A DNA stretch of 64,000 bases from Spirochaetia bacterium. Lineage in GTDB: Bacteria > Spirochaetota > Spirochaetia > UBA9216. Below the pieces are notes generated by a model. The model did not search any database, was not told the DNA's origin, and was given only the letters and a program-made list of their open reading frames with translations. The stretch lies in contig CAXXYH010000004.1 in the NCBI GenBank assembly GCA_963677925.2, forward strand, positions 2,176,001 to 2,240,000, written 5' to 3'. Positions 35,100-44,752 of the stretch are shown in pieces. Position 1 is the first letter of the stretch; every line of letters begins with the position of its first letter. Made by a program: the position numbers and the translations under genes.

Positions 35100-36272
35100 A
35101 TGGCAGGTTTGAAAGAGATTACAAATGCCGTTGAGAAATACAGGCAGGAACTGGTCGAGATGGCCGGAACCATTCACCATAATCCGGAAATCGGCGGTAA
35201 TGAGTTTATTGCCATGGAGGCAATCTGCGGTTTCCTTGAAAGACACGGCTTCGATGATGTTCAGCGCGGTGTCGGAGAGCTTAAAACAGCATTCACTGCT
35301 GTATGCAAGGTTAACGGCGGAGGCGGGCTGCGGATCGGTTTCTGTGCTGAATATGATGCCCTGCCCGAAATAGGTCATGCCTGCGGGCATAACCTGATAG
35401 GCGGCGCCAGTGTTGCCGCTGCGGTTGCCCTGGCGGAATGTGGTACTGATATTCCGTTTGAGGTAGTTCTGATCGGAACTCCGGATGAAGAGATAAGCGG
35501 CGGTAAGGTAGATTTGATAAAACTTGGTATATTCGATGATATCGATGCCGCCATGATGTTTCATTCCGGCTACGGCACTTCAATTCATACAGAGTCTCTT
35601 GCATGCAAGACCTGGCTGTTCGGTTACAGGGGCAGAAACGCGCATGCCGCATCCGAGCCGGAAAAGGGCAGGAATGCACTGGACGGTGTGATGCTTACTT
35701 TTACCAATATCAATTACCTGAGGCAGTATCTTAGAGAGGATACGCGCATTCACGGAATAATCAAGGAAGGCGGAAAAGCCAGCAACGTAGTTCCTGATTA
35801 CGCGGTTGCCGAAATATGCATTCGTTCAAAGGATAATGATTACCTGGCATATATTGAAGAGCGCGTCATGGACTGTGCGAAAGCCGGTGCTCTCGCATCG
35901 GGCACAGAGCTTGAAGTGACCCTTTACGGCAATCCATATGATGCAATGGAAAGCAATACCGTTATGGAAGGCCTTTTCAGTGAGAGTCTTGATGAAATTG
36001 CTTATGTTGATATAGCAAAGCATACCGAAAAAACCGGTTCGATAGATATGGGAAATGTAAGCAGGGTAGTCCCTGCGATTCATCCTGTGATTTCGATTTC
36101 TGAGGATGTAGTCATAGGCCATACCCGTGAATATGCGGCTTTATGCGACACACAGAAGGCGTACAATATTATGCTTGAAGTCGGTAAAGCCCTTGCTATG
36201 ACCGGTTATAAAATTATCACTACTTCCGGAATGATTGAGCAGATAAAATCAGAGTTCAGCAGCAGGGGCTGA
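35100..36272 (+). CDS. M20 amidohydrolase (AbgB/PM20D2-like subfamily)
   Basis: HHNPE, EYDALP, HACGHN, GSIDMGNVS motifs; ATG at 35100 after GGAGGG. Confidence 0.88.
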   Translation: MAGLKEITNAVEKYRQELVEMAGTIHHNPEIGGNEFIAMEAICGFLERHGFDDVQRGVGELKTAFTAVCKVNGGGGLRIGFCAEYDALPEIGHACGHNLIGGASVAAAVALAECGTDIPFEVVLIGTPDEEISGGKVDLIKLGIFDDIDAAMMFHSGYGTSIHTESLACKTWLFGYRGRNAHAASEPEKGRNALDGVMLTFTNINYLRQYLREDTRIHGIIKEGGKASNVVPDYAVAEICIRSKDNDYLAYIEERVMDCAKAGALASGTELEVTLYGNPYDAMESNTVMEGLFSESLDEIAYVDIAKHTEKTGSIDMGNVSRVVPAIHPVISISEDVVIGHTREYAALCDTQKAYNIMLEVGKALAMTGYKIITTSGMIEQIKSEFSSRG

Positions 36273-36313
36273 GCTTTTCAGCTGATTGCTTTAAGCATTT
36301 GTGAGGTTAAAAA

Positions 36314-36332
36314 TCCGGGCATTCCGCCCGGA
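36314..36332. terminator. Hairpin between convergent genes
   Basis: TCCGGGC-attcc-GCCCGGA. Confidence 0.55.
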
Positions 36333-36337
36333 ATATT

Positions 36338-37570
36338 TCAGATAATATCAACAGCCTCTCTGATCACTTTGACAGTATATTCCAGGTCTTCCTGAGTATG
36401 CCTGTAGCATATGTATCCATGATGATAGGGCTGCTGGAATACTCCGTTTCTAATCAGATAGGTATAGAAGTCATTTCTGCGTCTTTTATATGCGGGATCC
36501 ATGTCCTTATTGAATGTGATGAATGACATTGGAGGGATGCCTGAGAGTTCAATGCCCTTTCCGGAATTTTCAAGAATCCGGTTTACCTCATTCATATACC
36601 AGGTACCTTTTTCCCAAATCTTATCGAGGATGCTGTCACGTTCAAGAATCTCGATAGTTTTTAAAGCGGCCACATAGCCAAGACTGTTCGGGAAATAGGT
36701 GGAAGAGATAAATACATCCGATTCTCCCTGCTTCATTATTTCAGATTTTCCCGTGACAGCCGCAATGGAATAGCCGTTTGCCATGGCCTTTCCGAATACA
36801 GCCATATCAGGAGTTACTCCGTAGTATTTCTGGGCTCCTCCTATACTGACCCTGAAGCCAGAGCGAATCTCATCGAAAATCAGGACCGCCCCGTATTTCC
36901 GGGCCAGTTCCTGCACGCCCTCAAGGAAGCCTTCTGCGGGTTCCTCCATATTGTGAGCCAGCGGATGTCCCACAGGAGTAACTATGATTGCAGCTGTCTG
37001 ATCTCCGTGTTTTTTCATTAGATCTTCGAGTCCCTGCAGATCATTGTAGTGGAACTCAAATACATCCTCGTACAGTTTTGCAGGGATGCCTCCCTTAACC
37101 TCTACACACCAGTCATGCCATCCGTGGTAACCGCAGCGCATAATCTTGTCCCTTCCGGTGTAGCTTCTGGCAAGCCGTACAGCTGTGGTTGTAGCATCGG
37201 AGCCTGTTTTAACGAAGAGGCTCATCTCTGAGCAGGGAATTATTTCAGTAAGTTTTTCGGCCAGTTCATTCTGGTATGTCTGGGTCAGGGAGAAACAGAA
37301 CCCCCTGTCCCGAATCTGTTTTATTACAGCCTCATCCACCTCGGTTTCCCTGTAACCCAGGATAATAGGACCATAGGCGCACAGGTAGTCGATGTATTCG
37401 TTTCCATCGATATCGGTGATTTTCCCGCCTTTTCCCTCCTCGATAAAAACAGGATATTCTCCGTCCACGAAGTTATAGGGTCTTCTTATTCCGAGAACTC
37501 CTCCGGGAATAAGTTTTTTTGCTCTTTCAAGTTCTTTAAATGATTGGGTCAGTTTTTTTTCAGGCACCAT
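36338..37570 (-). CDS. kat: 3-aminobutyryl-CoA aminotransferase (class III PLP, HemL-like)
   Basis: Class III motifs DEIRSGFR and FGKAMANG; GIRRPYNFVDGEYP and YHGWHDWCVEV match my recollection of Cloacimonas Kat; adjacent to lysine fermentation genes lacking kal. Confidence 0.8.
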   Translation of the reverse strand: MVPEKKLTQSFKELERAKKLIPGGVLGIRRPYNFVDGEYPVFIEEGKGGKITDIDGNEYIDYLCAYGPIILGYRETEVDEAVIKQIRDRGFCFSLTQTYQNELAEKLTEIIPCSEMSLFVKTGSDATTTAVRLARSYTGRDKIMRCGYHGWHDWCVEVKGGIPAKLYEDVFEFHYNDLQGLEDLMKKHGDQTAAIIVTPVGHPLAHNMEEPAEGFLEGVQELARKYGAVLIFDEIRSGFRVSIGGAQKYYGVTPDMAVFGKAMANGYSIAAVTGKSEIMKQGESDVFISSTYFPNSLGYVAALKTIEILERDSILDKIWEKGTWYMNEVNRILENSGKGIELSGIPPMSFITFNKDMDPAYKRRRNDFYTYLIRNGVFQQPYHHGYICYRHTQEDLEYTVKVIREAVDII

Positions 37571-37606
37571 TATTTTTACCTCTGAATTAGATTGTACAAA
37601 AATGAA

Positions 37607-37622
37607 TGCAGGAACTGTGCCA
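37607..37622 (-). promoter_or_regulatory. sigma54 (-24/-12) promoter of kat
   Basis: Minus strand TGGCACAGTTCCTGCA (GG-N10-GC). Confidence 0.85.
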
Positions 37623-37739
37623 GAAACAGGGCTTTATTTGACAGGTTTAATACGGGAAAAGGCTTATTTTTGGTAAAAAAGTCTGATCTTGTCTATAAAA
37701 ATCAACCATACTGAGCTTCAGGCTGTCAAAAAAAGGGGC

Positions 37740-37757
37740 TGATTCATTTATGAATCA
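37740..37757. promoter_or_regulatory. Candidate upstream activator sequence
   Basis: TGATTCA-N4-TGAATCA with perfect arms, ~120 bp upstream of the kat sigma54 promoter. Confidence 0.7.
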
Positions 37758-39172
37758 GCTTGTTCGCCTATGCCGTAATACTTCATTTTCCGTACTATGG
37801 TTGACTGGCTGATCTCAAGTACGGCTGCCATTTTCCGTGTGAACCGGTGTTTCTGCCAGGCATTGGTTATCAGTTTCTTTTCAAAGGCTTCGACCGCTTC
37901 AGTAAGGGGCTGTATCTGCACAGACATTCCGTCAGATTTAATGATAAGCTCCTCTTTAATATAATCAGACAGATCCTCCCTGGTTATCAGTTTGCCAGAA
38001 GAAAGTACTGCTATTCTTTCAATTGTATTCTCCAGCTCCCTAGTATTTCCGGGCCAGTCGTAGGCCTCAAGCAGCACCAGAGCTTCAGGCGAGAATCGAA
38101 GCTGTTTGTTGAATTTAAGGTTGAACACCTCTATGAAATGATTTATAAGCGGGATAATATCATCCCTGCGATCCCGGAGAGGCGGAATATGAATAGGTAC
38201 AACATTGAGTCTGTAATAGAGATCCTGGCGGAATGTCCCTTCCTGTACCATTTTTTTTAGATTTTTATTGGTGGCTGAAATAATCCTGACATTAATCTTA
38301 ATCGGTTTCCGGCCCCCGATACGGGTTATTTCCTTTTCCTGTATGGCTCTCAGCAGTTTTACCTGCAGGTTCAGACTTATATCACCGATCTCATCGAGGA
38401 AGAGAGTTCCTCCCTCGGCTACTTCAAATAATCCCTGTTTCCCGCCGCGATCAGCTCCTGTAAACGAGCCTTTTTCGTACCCGAAAAGTTCACTTTCCAG
38501 CAGATTTTCGGGGATGGCACTGCAGACAGCGGTGATAAGCGGCTTATTCACGCTTGTCCCTGCGTTATGGATGGCGCGTGAAATAATTTCCTTACCGACT
38601 CCGGATTCTCCGGTTATAAGCACGGTGGAATCGACCTCTCCGAGCCTGAGGGCAAACTTCATAATGTCTTTCATCTGCTGTGATGAAATAATGACATGCT
38701 CCATTTTCATCTGCTGAAGCCGGAGATTAAGAACCTCCATTCTGTAAAGTTCATTTCTTTTTTCCGTCTGGGCAAGGCGGGTTTCAAGATTTTTAAGATC
38801 TGCCATATCACGGAGAGTTGTTACAACGCGGGTGATATTTCCGCTTTCATCGAAGATTGGCGTACCGGTTAGAATGATTTCTTTTCCGTTGGGAAGGGTT
38901 TCGGCAACGCTTGTTGTACATCTGGTTTCCAGAACCATTGTGCTGACCGATTTATTATACACACCGGTTTCTACAAGTTCATCCACCGTCTTCCCGGTGG
39001 TTTCGGATGATTTTATTCCGGTGATTTCTTCGAAGGCCTTATTTGTACGAAGTGTAATTCCGTTTCCGTCAGTAATATATATGCCGTCTGTGACAGAATC
39101 AATAATGGCGTCCAGCTCCCTTATAAGCTGCTGCCGGTTTGCAAGTTCCGCTTCAAGTTCCTTAATTTTCAA
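37748..39172 (-). CDS. sigma54-dependent transcriptional activator (PAS-AAA+-HTH)
   Basis: PAS domain, Walker A GESGVGKE, GSFTGA loop, FLDEI, DLYYRLNV, C-terminal HTH. Confidence 0.93.
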   Translation of the reverse strand: MKIKELEAELANRQQLIRELDAIIDSVTDGIYITDGNGITLRTNKAFEEITGIKSSETTGKTVDELVETGVYNKSVSTMVLETRCTTSVAETLPNGKEIILTGTPIFDESGNITRVVTTLRDMADLKNLETRLAQTEKRNELYRMEVLNLRLQQMKMEHVIISSQQMKDIMKFALRLGEVDSTVLITGESGVGKEIISRAIHNAGTSVNKPLITAVCSAIPENLLESELFGYEKGSFTGADRGGKQGLFEVAEGGTLFLDEIGDISLNLQVKLLRAIQEKEITRIGGRKPIKINVRIISATNKNLKKMVQEGTFRQDLYYRLNVVPIHIPPLRDRRDDIIPLINHFIEVFNLKFNKQLRFSPEALVLLEAYDWPGNTRELENTIERIAVLSSGKLITREDLSDYIKEELIIKSDGMSVQIQPLTEAVEAFEKKLITNAWQKHRFTRKMAAVLEISQSTIVRKMKYYGIGEQADS

Positions 39173-39198
39173 TTCGGCCTCCGTCTGAATATTATCAC

Positions 39199-39236
39199 TG
39201 ATTCAAAAATAACTCAACTGAACTGAATATGACTCA
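39199..39236. promoter_or_regulatory. Two candidate upstream activator sequences
   Basis: TGATTCA-AAAA-TAACTCA (39199-39216) and TGAACTG-AATA-TGACTCA (39219-39236), same format as the 37740 site. Confidence 0.65.
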
Positions 39237-39297
39237 GTAATCTTCTTGTATACCGCATAAATCGCCTGAAACAGCGGTAAATCGGGCTTTTTTGTGC

Positions 39298-39313
39298 TGG
39301 CATGCTTCTTGCA
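39298..39313 (+). promoter_or_regulatory. sigma54 (-24/-12) promoter of the kam operon
   Basis: TGGCATGCTTCTTGCA (GG-N10-GC). Confidence 0.88.
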
Positions 39314-39358
39314 TTAAAATCTAAAGATAAATAGCAAGTCACCTTCGGAGGTTTCCTT

Positions 39359-40922
39359 TTGGAAGAAAAAATAAAAATTGATCATGAGCTTCTGGGCAGA
39401 TGCAGAAAAGCTGCTGTCAGAATTTCCGATAATGTCATGTCGTCCATAGCCGGCCGTACCACCACCTCGGTTGAACGTACAGTTGCAAGGCTGCTGGGGA
39501 TAGACGGTGTGGATGAGCAGGGAATTCCTCTGCCTAATGTTCTGGTTGAACAGCTTAAGACGCATGGAAAACTTGAGGACGGAATCTTTTACTGGTTAGT
39601 GAATTCAATGATAGAGACCGGTAAATCCCCGCGGGAAATAGCTTTGGCAGTAGGAAAGGGAGAGTATGTAATAACAGACTCAAGGCAATATTCCGATGAT
39701 GAAATCCGGCGTACTGCCGGTCCGCTTCTTGAAGAGCGGATCAGTCTTTTTGATGAATCAATTGAGCAGAGGAAAGAGCTTCATTCAAAATATCCGGCAG
39801 GGATAACACCTCTTCTGTATGTGATTGTAGCCACCGGGAATATCTACGAAGATACAGTTTCAGGCGAAGGCTGCCGCAAGGCAGGGGGCGGATATAATTG
39901 CAGTTATCCGTACAACGGCCCAGAGCCTTCTTGATTACGTCCCCTTCGGCCCTACAACCGAGGGCTTCGGCGGAACCTATGCTACCCAGGAAAATTTCCG
40001 CATTATGAGAAAGGCTCTGGATGAGGTCACCGAAGAAACCGGAAGATACATTCATCTGGTAAATTACGCGTCGGGACTCTGTATGCCCGAAATAGCAGTC
40101 ATGGGGGCCTTTGAAGGGCTTGATATGATGCTGAACGACGCAATGTACGGAATACTGTTCCGGGACATCAATATGCAGCGGACTTTTATCGATCAGTACT
40201 TTTCAAGAATGATAAACGCCTGCGCCGGAATTATTATAAACACCGGTGAAGACAATTATCTTACTACAGCTGATGCTCTTGAAAACGGTCACACGGTTCT
40301 TGCCTCTCAGTTTATAAACGAGGAACTTGCCCTGCGCTCGGGAATGCCTAAGAATCTGATAGGACTGGGGCATGCCTTTGAGATTAACCCTGATAAGGAA
40401 GACGGTTTTCTGCTTGAGATAGCACAGGCCCAGCTTATACGGCAGATCTTTCCTGACTGTCCGATAAAGTATATGCCTCCAACAAAGTATATGACCGGAA
40501 ATATCTTTAAGGGGCAGCTCATGGACGGGATGTTCAACCTGGCTTCTGTGATGACAGGGCAGAGTATTCAGCTGCTGGGAATGATGACAGAGGCCATTCA
40601 CACTCCATTTATTCAGGACAGGGCTCTCAGCATTCAGAATGCAAGGTACATCTTCAACAATGCCAGACATCTTCAGGATGAAATAAGCTACCGTCCCGAC
40701 GGAATTATTCAGACCAGAGCTGCTGAAATTCTCAGGCAGACTACTGATATGCTCGAAAAGATTGCGGAGAAGGGGCTGATGCAGGCTATAGAAGATAAAA
40801 TGTTTGCCGATATTTCCCGCCCGCGTGAAGGCGGCAAGGGTAATGACGGTGTTATAGGAATCAGCAGTAATTACAGCAATCCATTTTTGGACATCTTTAA
40901 AAAAAGGCTGGGACTGATATGA
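39359..40922 (+). pseudogene. kamD: Lysine 5,6-aminomutase alpha subunit split by a +1 frameshift (possibly a sequencing error)
   Basis: TTTSVERTVARLLGIDG and YVIVATGNIYED, then an extra T at 39858-39860; removing it gives QAKAAARQGADIIAVIRTTAQSLLDYVP continuous with the 40005-40922 ORF. Confidence 0.88.
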
Positions 40923-41674
40923 GCGGAAAGTCAGATATAAGACCCTACGGGGATACCCTTAATGACGGGATGGTGCAGGTAAGTTTCTCCGTCCCGATGC
41001 AGGCAGGGCCGGAAGCCTCTGAAGCGGCTAAGCAGCTTGCTGAGAAGATGGGGCTGCAGAATGTGAGCAATGTATCCAGTCAGGATTTGAGCGAGGGATT
41101 CAGCTTTCACATCCTCTACGGCAAATGCAGCGTTTCTGTAGATGCATCACAAATCAGCATTCCCAGGGTGGAGACCCCGGTTCTAAACTTCTATGAAATT
41201 AACGATCTCATAAAAGAAAAAATAGGAAGAAAGATTAATGTTGTCGGGGCCTGTACCGGCTTTGATGCCCATACAGTCGGTCTGGATGCAATAATGAATA
41301 TGAAAGGCTATGCAGGTGAATACGGGCTTGAACGCTACCCGGAAATCAACACCTGGAATCTCGGAAGTCAGGTGCCCAATGAGGAACTTATTAAAAAGGC
41401 TGTTGAGGTGGAAGCCGATGCGATACTTGTCTCTCAGGTGGTAACCCAGAAGGATATCCATATTAAAAACCTGACAAACCTTGTTGAACTGCTTGAGGCG
41501 GAAAATATAAGAGACCGATTTATTCTGATCGTCGGTGGCCCCCGGATAAGTCATGAGCTTGCCCTGGAACTCGGGTTTGATGCAGGTTTCGGTCCCGGCT
41601 CACTGCCTCCTGATGTTGCATCGTTTATAGCACAGCTTCTGGAGAAAAGGCTGCCGGAACAGAGGGGGTTGTAG
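40919..41674 (+). CDS. kamE: Lysine 5,6-aminomutase beta subunit (B12-binding)
   Basis: PYGDTLNDG, DAHTVG (DxHxxG), MNMKGY, GFDAGFGPG. Confidence 0.93.
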   Translation: MSGKSDIRPYGDTLNDGMVQVSFSVPMQAGPEASEAAKQLAEKMGLQNVSNVSSQDLSEGFSFHILYGKCSVSVDASQISIPRVETPVLNFYEINDLIKEKIGRKINVVGACTGFDAHTVGLDAIMNMKGYAGEYGLERYPEINTWNLGSQVPNEELIKKAVEVEADAILVSQVVTQKDIHIKNLTNLVELLEAENIRDRFILIVGGPRISHELALELGFDAGFGPGSLPPDVASFIAQLLEKRLPEQRGL

Positions 41675-41675
41675 A

Positions 41676-42500
41676 TTGGAAAAGCTGATAATTACAGCCG
41701 CGGTCTGCGGTGCGGAAGTTACAAAAGATGATAATCCCAATCTTCCGGTTACGGCTGCGGAGCTTGCGGCTGCAGCGCTTGAAGCAGAACTTGCAGGCGC
41801 CTCGGTTATACACCTCCATGTAAGGGATGAGCAAGGACTGCCGACCCAGAGGCTGCAGTATTTCAGAGCGGCATTCGAGGCGATGAAGCAGGCAGGAGTC
41901 AGTGCGATAATTCAGCCATCTACCGGAGGAGCCGCGGGTATGAGCGCCTCTGAACGAATAGAGGTTCTTGATCTGATTCCGGAAATGGCCACACTTGACT
42001 GCGGTACTATCAACTTCGGGGAAGAGGTTTTTACCAACGATCTGCCTCTGATGAGAAGTATCGCGCAGAGAATGAAGGCTGATAATATTATTCCCGAGCT
42101 TGAATGCTTTGAGACAGGCCATATTTACAACGCTCTCCGGCTTGGCAAGGATGGTCTTCTTCCGGAACATCTGCATTTCAACCTTGTTCTCGGCGTTCCG
42201 GGAGCAATGCCGGCATCGGTAAAAAACCTGCTCTTTCTTGTTGAGCAGCTGCCGCAGGGCGCTACATGGACAGCCTCCGGAATCGGATCTAATCAGCTGC
42301 CTGTTGCAATGCACACAATGATGCTCGGAGGTCATGTCAGGGTTGGATTTGAGGATAATATTTATTATTCAAGGGGCAGGCTTGCCGGAAGCAATGCGGA
42401 GCTTGTGGCAAGAATTGCAAGAATTGCGGAAGAAGCCGGACGGGAGATTGCCTCTCCGGCGGAGGCCAGAGTTATACTTAATATCAGGGAGAAGAAATAA
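41676..42500 (+). CDS. kce: 3-keto-5-aminohexanoate cleavage enzyme
   Basis: KLIITAA, HLHVR, QPSTGGA, HVRVGFEDN. Confidence 0.92.
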   Translation: MEKLIITAAVCGAEVTKDDNPNLPVTAAELAAAALEAELAGASVIHLHVRDEQGLPTQRLQYFRAAFEAMKQAGVSAIIQPSTGGAAGMSASERIEVLDLIPEMATLDCGTINFGEEVFTNDLPLMRSIAQRMKADNIIPELECFETGHIYNALRLGKDGLLPEHLHFNLVLGVPGAMPASVKNLLFLVEQLPQGATWTASGIGSNQLPVAMHTMMLGGHVRVGFEDNIYYSRGRLAGSNAELVARIARIAEEAGREIASPAEARVILNIREKK

Positions 42501-43535
42501 ATGAAGAAGGGAAATATTTTCGGCCTGCACAGGGTTATTGAGCCGGAAGGGGTACTGCCTCAGCCGGCGCTCAAGATAGATAATTCAATGGATATCTATG
42601 ATAACGAGATACTCATAGATGTTGATACACTTAATATAGATTCCGCGAGTTTTACACAGATAGAAAAAGCCTGCGGCGGGGATGAGAAAAAAATAAGTGA
42701 GATGATTCTATCTATAGTAAACGAGCGGGGCAAGATGCAGAATCCGGTTACCGGCTCAGGCGGAATGCTGATAGGGACTATTGCCGGTGTCGGCGAAAAG
42801 CTGAAAGATCGTGATTTGACCGTGGGGGAAAAAATCATAAGCCTCGTATCGCTATCTCTTACGCCTCTTAAGATTGAAAAGATCATCGAGGTGAAATCAG
42901 ATATCGATCAGGTTCGTGTTAAAGCCCGAGCAGTTCTCTTTGAATCGGGAATTTACGCCAAACTTCCGGAGGGCATGGAGGAGTCGCTTGCCCTGGCTGT
43001 CCTTGATGTAGCCGGGGCCCCCGCACAGACGGCGAAGCTTGTTCAACCAGGTGATACTGTACTGATTATCGGAGCCGGAGGAAAATCAGGACTGCTCTGT
43101 CTGCATGAGGCAAAAAAGCGTGCGGGTGTCAGTGGAAGGGTAATAGGCCTCTCCCACAGCAAAGGCGGGGTTGAGCGTATTAAGAAAACAGGCCTGGCTG
43201 ATATTGTCCTTCAGGCTGATGCATCGAAACCCGTTGAACTTTATGAAATGATCATGGAAGCGACAGCCGGCAGGCTTGCCGATATCGTTATAAACAATGT
43301 CAACGTTCCCGATACCGAGATGGGCTCAATTCTATGTACAAAAGATGAGGGCACCCTGTATTTCTTCAGCATGGCTACAAGCTTTACAAAGGCCGCTTTG
43401 GGCGCTGAGGGAGTCGGCAAGGATATCAACATGATAATCGGAAACGGATACACCAAGGACCACGCGGAAATTACTCTTCAGGTTCTTAAGGAAAATCCTG
43501 TACTCAGGAAAATGTTTGAGGAACTGTATACCTGA
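42501..43535 (+). CDS. kdd: L-erythro-3,5-diaminohexanoate dehydrogenase
   Basis: HRVIEPEGVLPQPA, NIDSASF, GKMQNPVTGSGGM, FFSMATSF. Confidence 0.93.
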   Translation: MKKGNIFGLHRVIEPEGVLPQPALKIDNSMDIYDNEILIDVDTLNIDSASFTQIEKACGGDEKKISEMILSIVNERGKMQNPVTGSGGMLIGTIAGVGEKLKDRDLTVGEKIISLVSLSLTPLKIEKIIEVKSDIDQVRVKARAVLFESGIYAKLPEGMEESLALAVLDVAGAPAQTAKLVQPGDTVLIIGAGGKSGLLCLHEAKKRAGVSGRVIGLSHSKGGVERIKKTGLADIVLQADASKPVELYEMIMEATAGRLADIVINNVNVPDTEMGSILCTKDEGTLYFFSMATSFTKAALGAEGVGKDINMIIGNGYTKDHAEITLQVLKENPVLRKMFEELYT

Positions 43536-44746
43536 TGATACCGCAGGCAGCTGTCGAAAAATACATAAATTATGAAAGCGTAACCGGTCTTCTCTCGGAA
43601 CTTGTCGGTATACACAGCCCATATTTCAGGGAAACCGGGATTGTAGATTATGTTTACAGCTGGCTTGCGGACAGACATCTGCCTGTGGAACTTTACAGTT
43701 TTTCCGAAGCAAAGATTACCGGAGTAAGCGGCAGGAATGTCGTTGGCGAGCTGTGCGGAAGCAACGGCGGTCCGAAACTTCTTATAAACGGTCATCTTGA
43801 TACGGTGGATATATGCGAAGGGTGGACAAGAAATCCTCTTGACGCTGAAATTGCCGACGGCAGACTCTACGGTCTGGGTGCTCTGGATATGAAGGGCGGG
43901 GTTGCCGCTGCAATGCTTGCTATTGAGGCCTTCAGCATGATTAAACCGGAGTTCCGGGGACGTTTACAGTATACATTTGTAAGCGGCGAGGAAGGGCCCT
44001 ACGGACTTGGAACTGATGCCCTTATTAATGACGGAATAATCAGCAGGGCTGATGCCGCACTTGTTCCGGAGCCCAGCGCCGCCTTCTGCGGTGTCGAGTT
44101 TCCCTGCCTCTGCCTCGGAGCGAGGGGAGGCTGGCATTACACGGTGAAGTTTACCGGACGCAGCGCCCATGCCGCGGCTCCGGAGGACGGCCTGAATGCG
44201 GTCTCCGAGGCGTCAAGGTTTATATGCGAGCTTGAGAAAACAGCCCTTCCGGAAAGAGTGCCGCTTGGAAGGGGTTCGATCTGTATTACCGGAATCAGCG
44301 GAGGCGGGAAAACCTGCTCTGTTGCGGAGGATGCGTCTGTCACGGTGCTGCGGCATGTAACACTCGGTGAGGACCCGCAGCTGCTTATGAAAGAGATTAA
44401 TGCTGCAGCGCAGCGCGCCGGAATCCGCTGTGACTATGAGGTTAAATTCCGGGAGGCTCCGGGGCCGGGAAGTGAGGGCTTTCATCCCTATGTGGTGGAT
44501 AAAAACAGTCCTGAAAGCAGACTCCTGATGGAAAGCATCCTGGATGTTACCGGCCGGGAGGCTGATACAGCTTATTTTTCAAGCATCGGTGATTTTAATT
44601 ATATAAGCAGCAGAGCGGGAATCCCCGCATATATCTTCGGTCCGGACGGAGGAAATTATCACGGTCCGGATGAATACGTAATAATTGATTCAGTGGTGGA
44701 AACCGCGAAAGTAATACTTGATTTTATTATAAGATTTTTTAGGTAG
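43535..44746 (+). CDS. M20 family metallohydrolase (ArgE/DapE-like deacylase)
   Basis: GHLDTV, GLGALDMKGG, GEE, PEP, YH..DE. Confidence 0.88.
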   Translation: MIPQAAVEKYINYESVTGLLSELVGIHSPYFRETGIVDYVYSWLADRHLPVELYSFSEAKITGVSGRNVVGELCGSNGGPKLLINGHLDTVDICEGWTRNPLDAEIADGRLYGLGALDMKGGVAAAMLAIEAFSMIKPEFRGRLQYTFVSGEEGPYGLGTDALINDGIISRADAALVPEPSAAFCGVEFPCLCLGARGGWHYTVKFTGRSAHAAAPEDGLNAVSEASRFICELEKTALPERVPLGRGSICITGISGGGKTCSVAEDASVTVLRHVTLGEDPQLLMKEINAAAQRAGIRCDYEVKFREAPGPGSEGFHPYVVDKNSPESRLLMESILDVTGREADTAYFSSIGDFNYISSRAGIPAYIFGPDGGNYHGPDEYVIIDSVVETAKVILDFIIRFFR

Positions 44747-44752
44747 GTTACC

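Noticed and set aside
36338-37570. Annotation as glutamate-1-semialdehyde aminomutase (hemL)
   Set aside because: Lacks the PGGVNSPVR signature, has no tetrapyrrole genes nearby, and is co-regulated with lysine fermentation genes
41625-42335. Long antisense ORFs (e.g. 41625-42335, 34929-35564, 53321-53932)
   Set aside because: They fully overlap well-supported genes on the other strand and have no recognisable motifs
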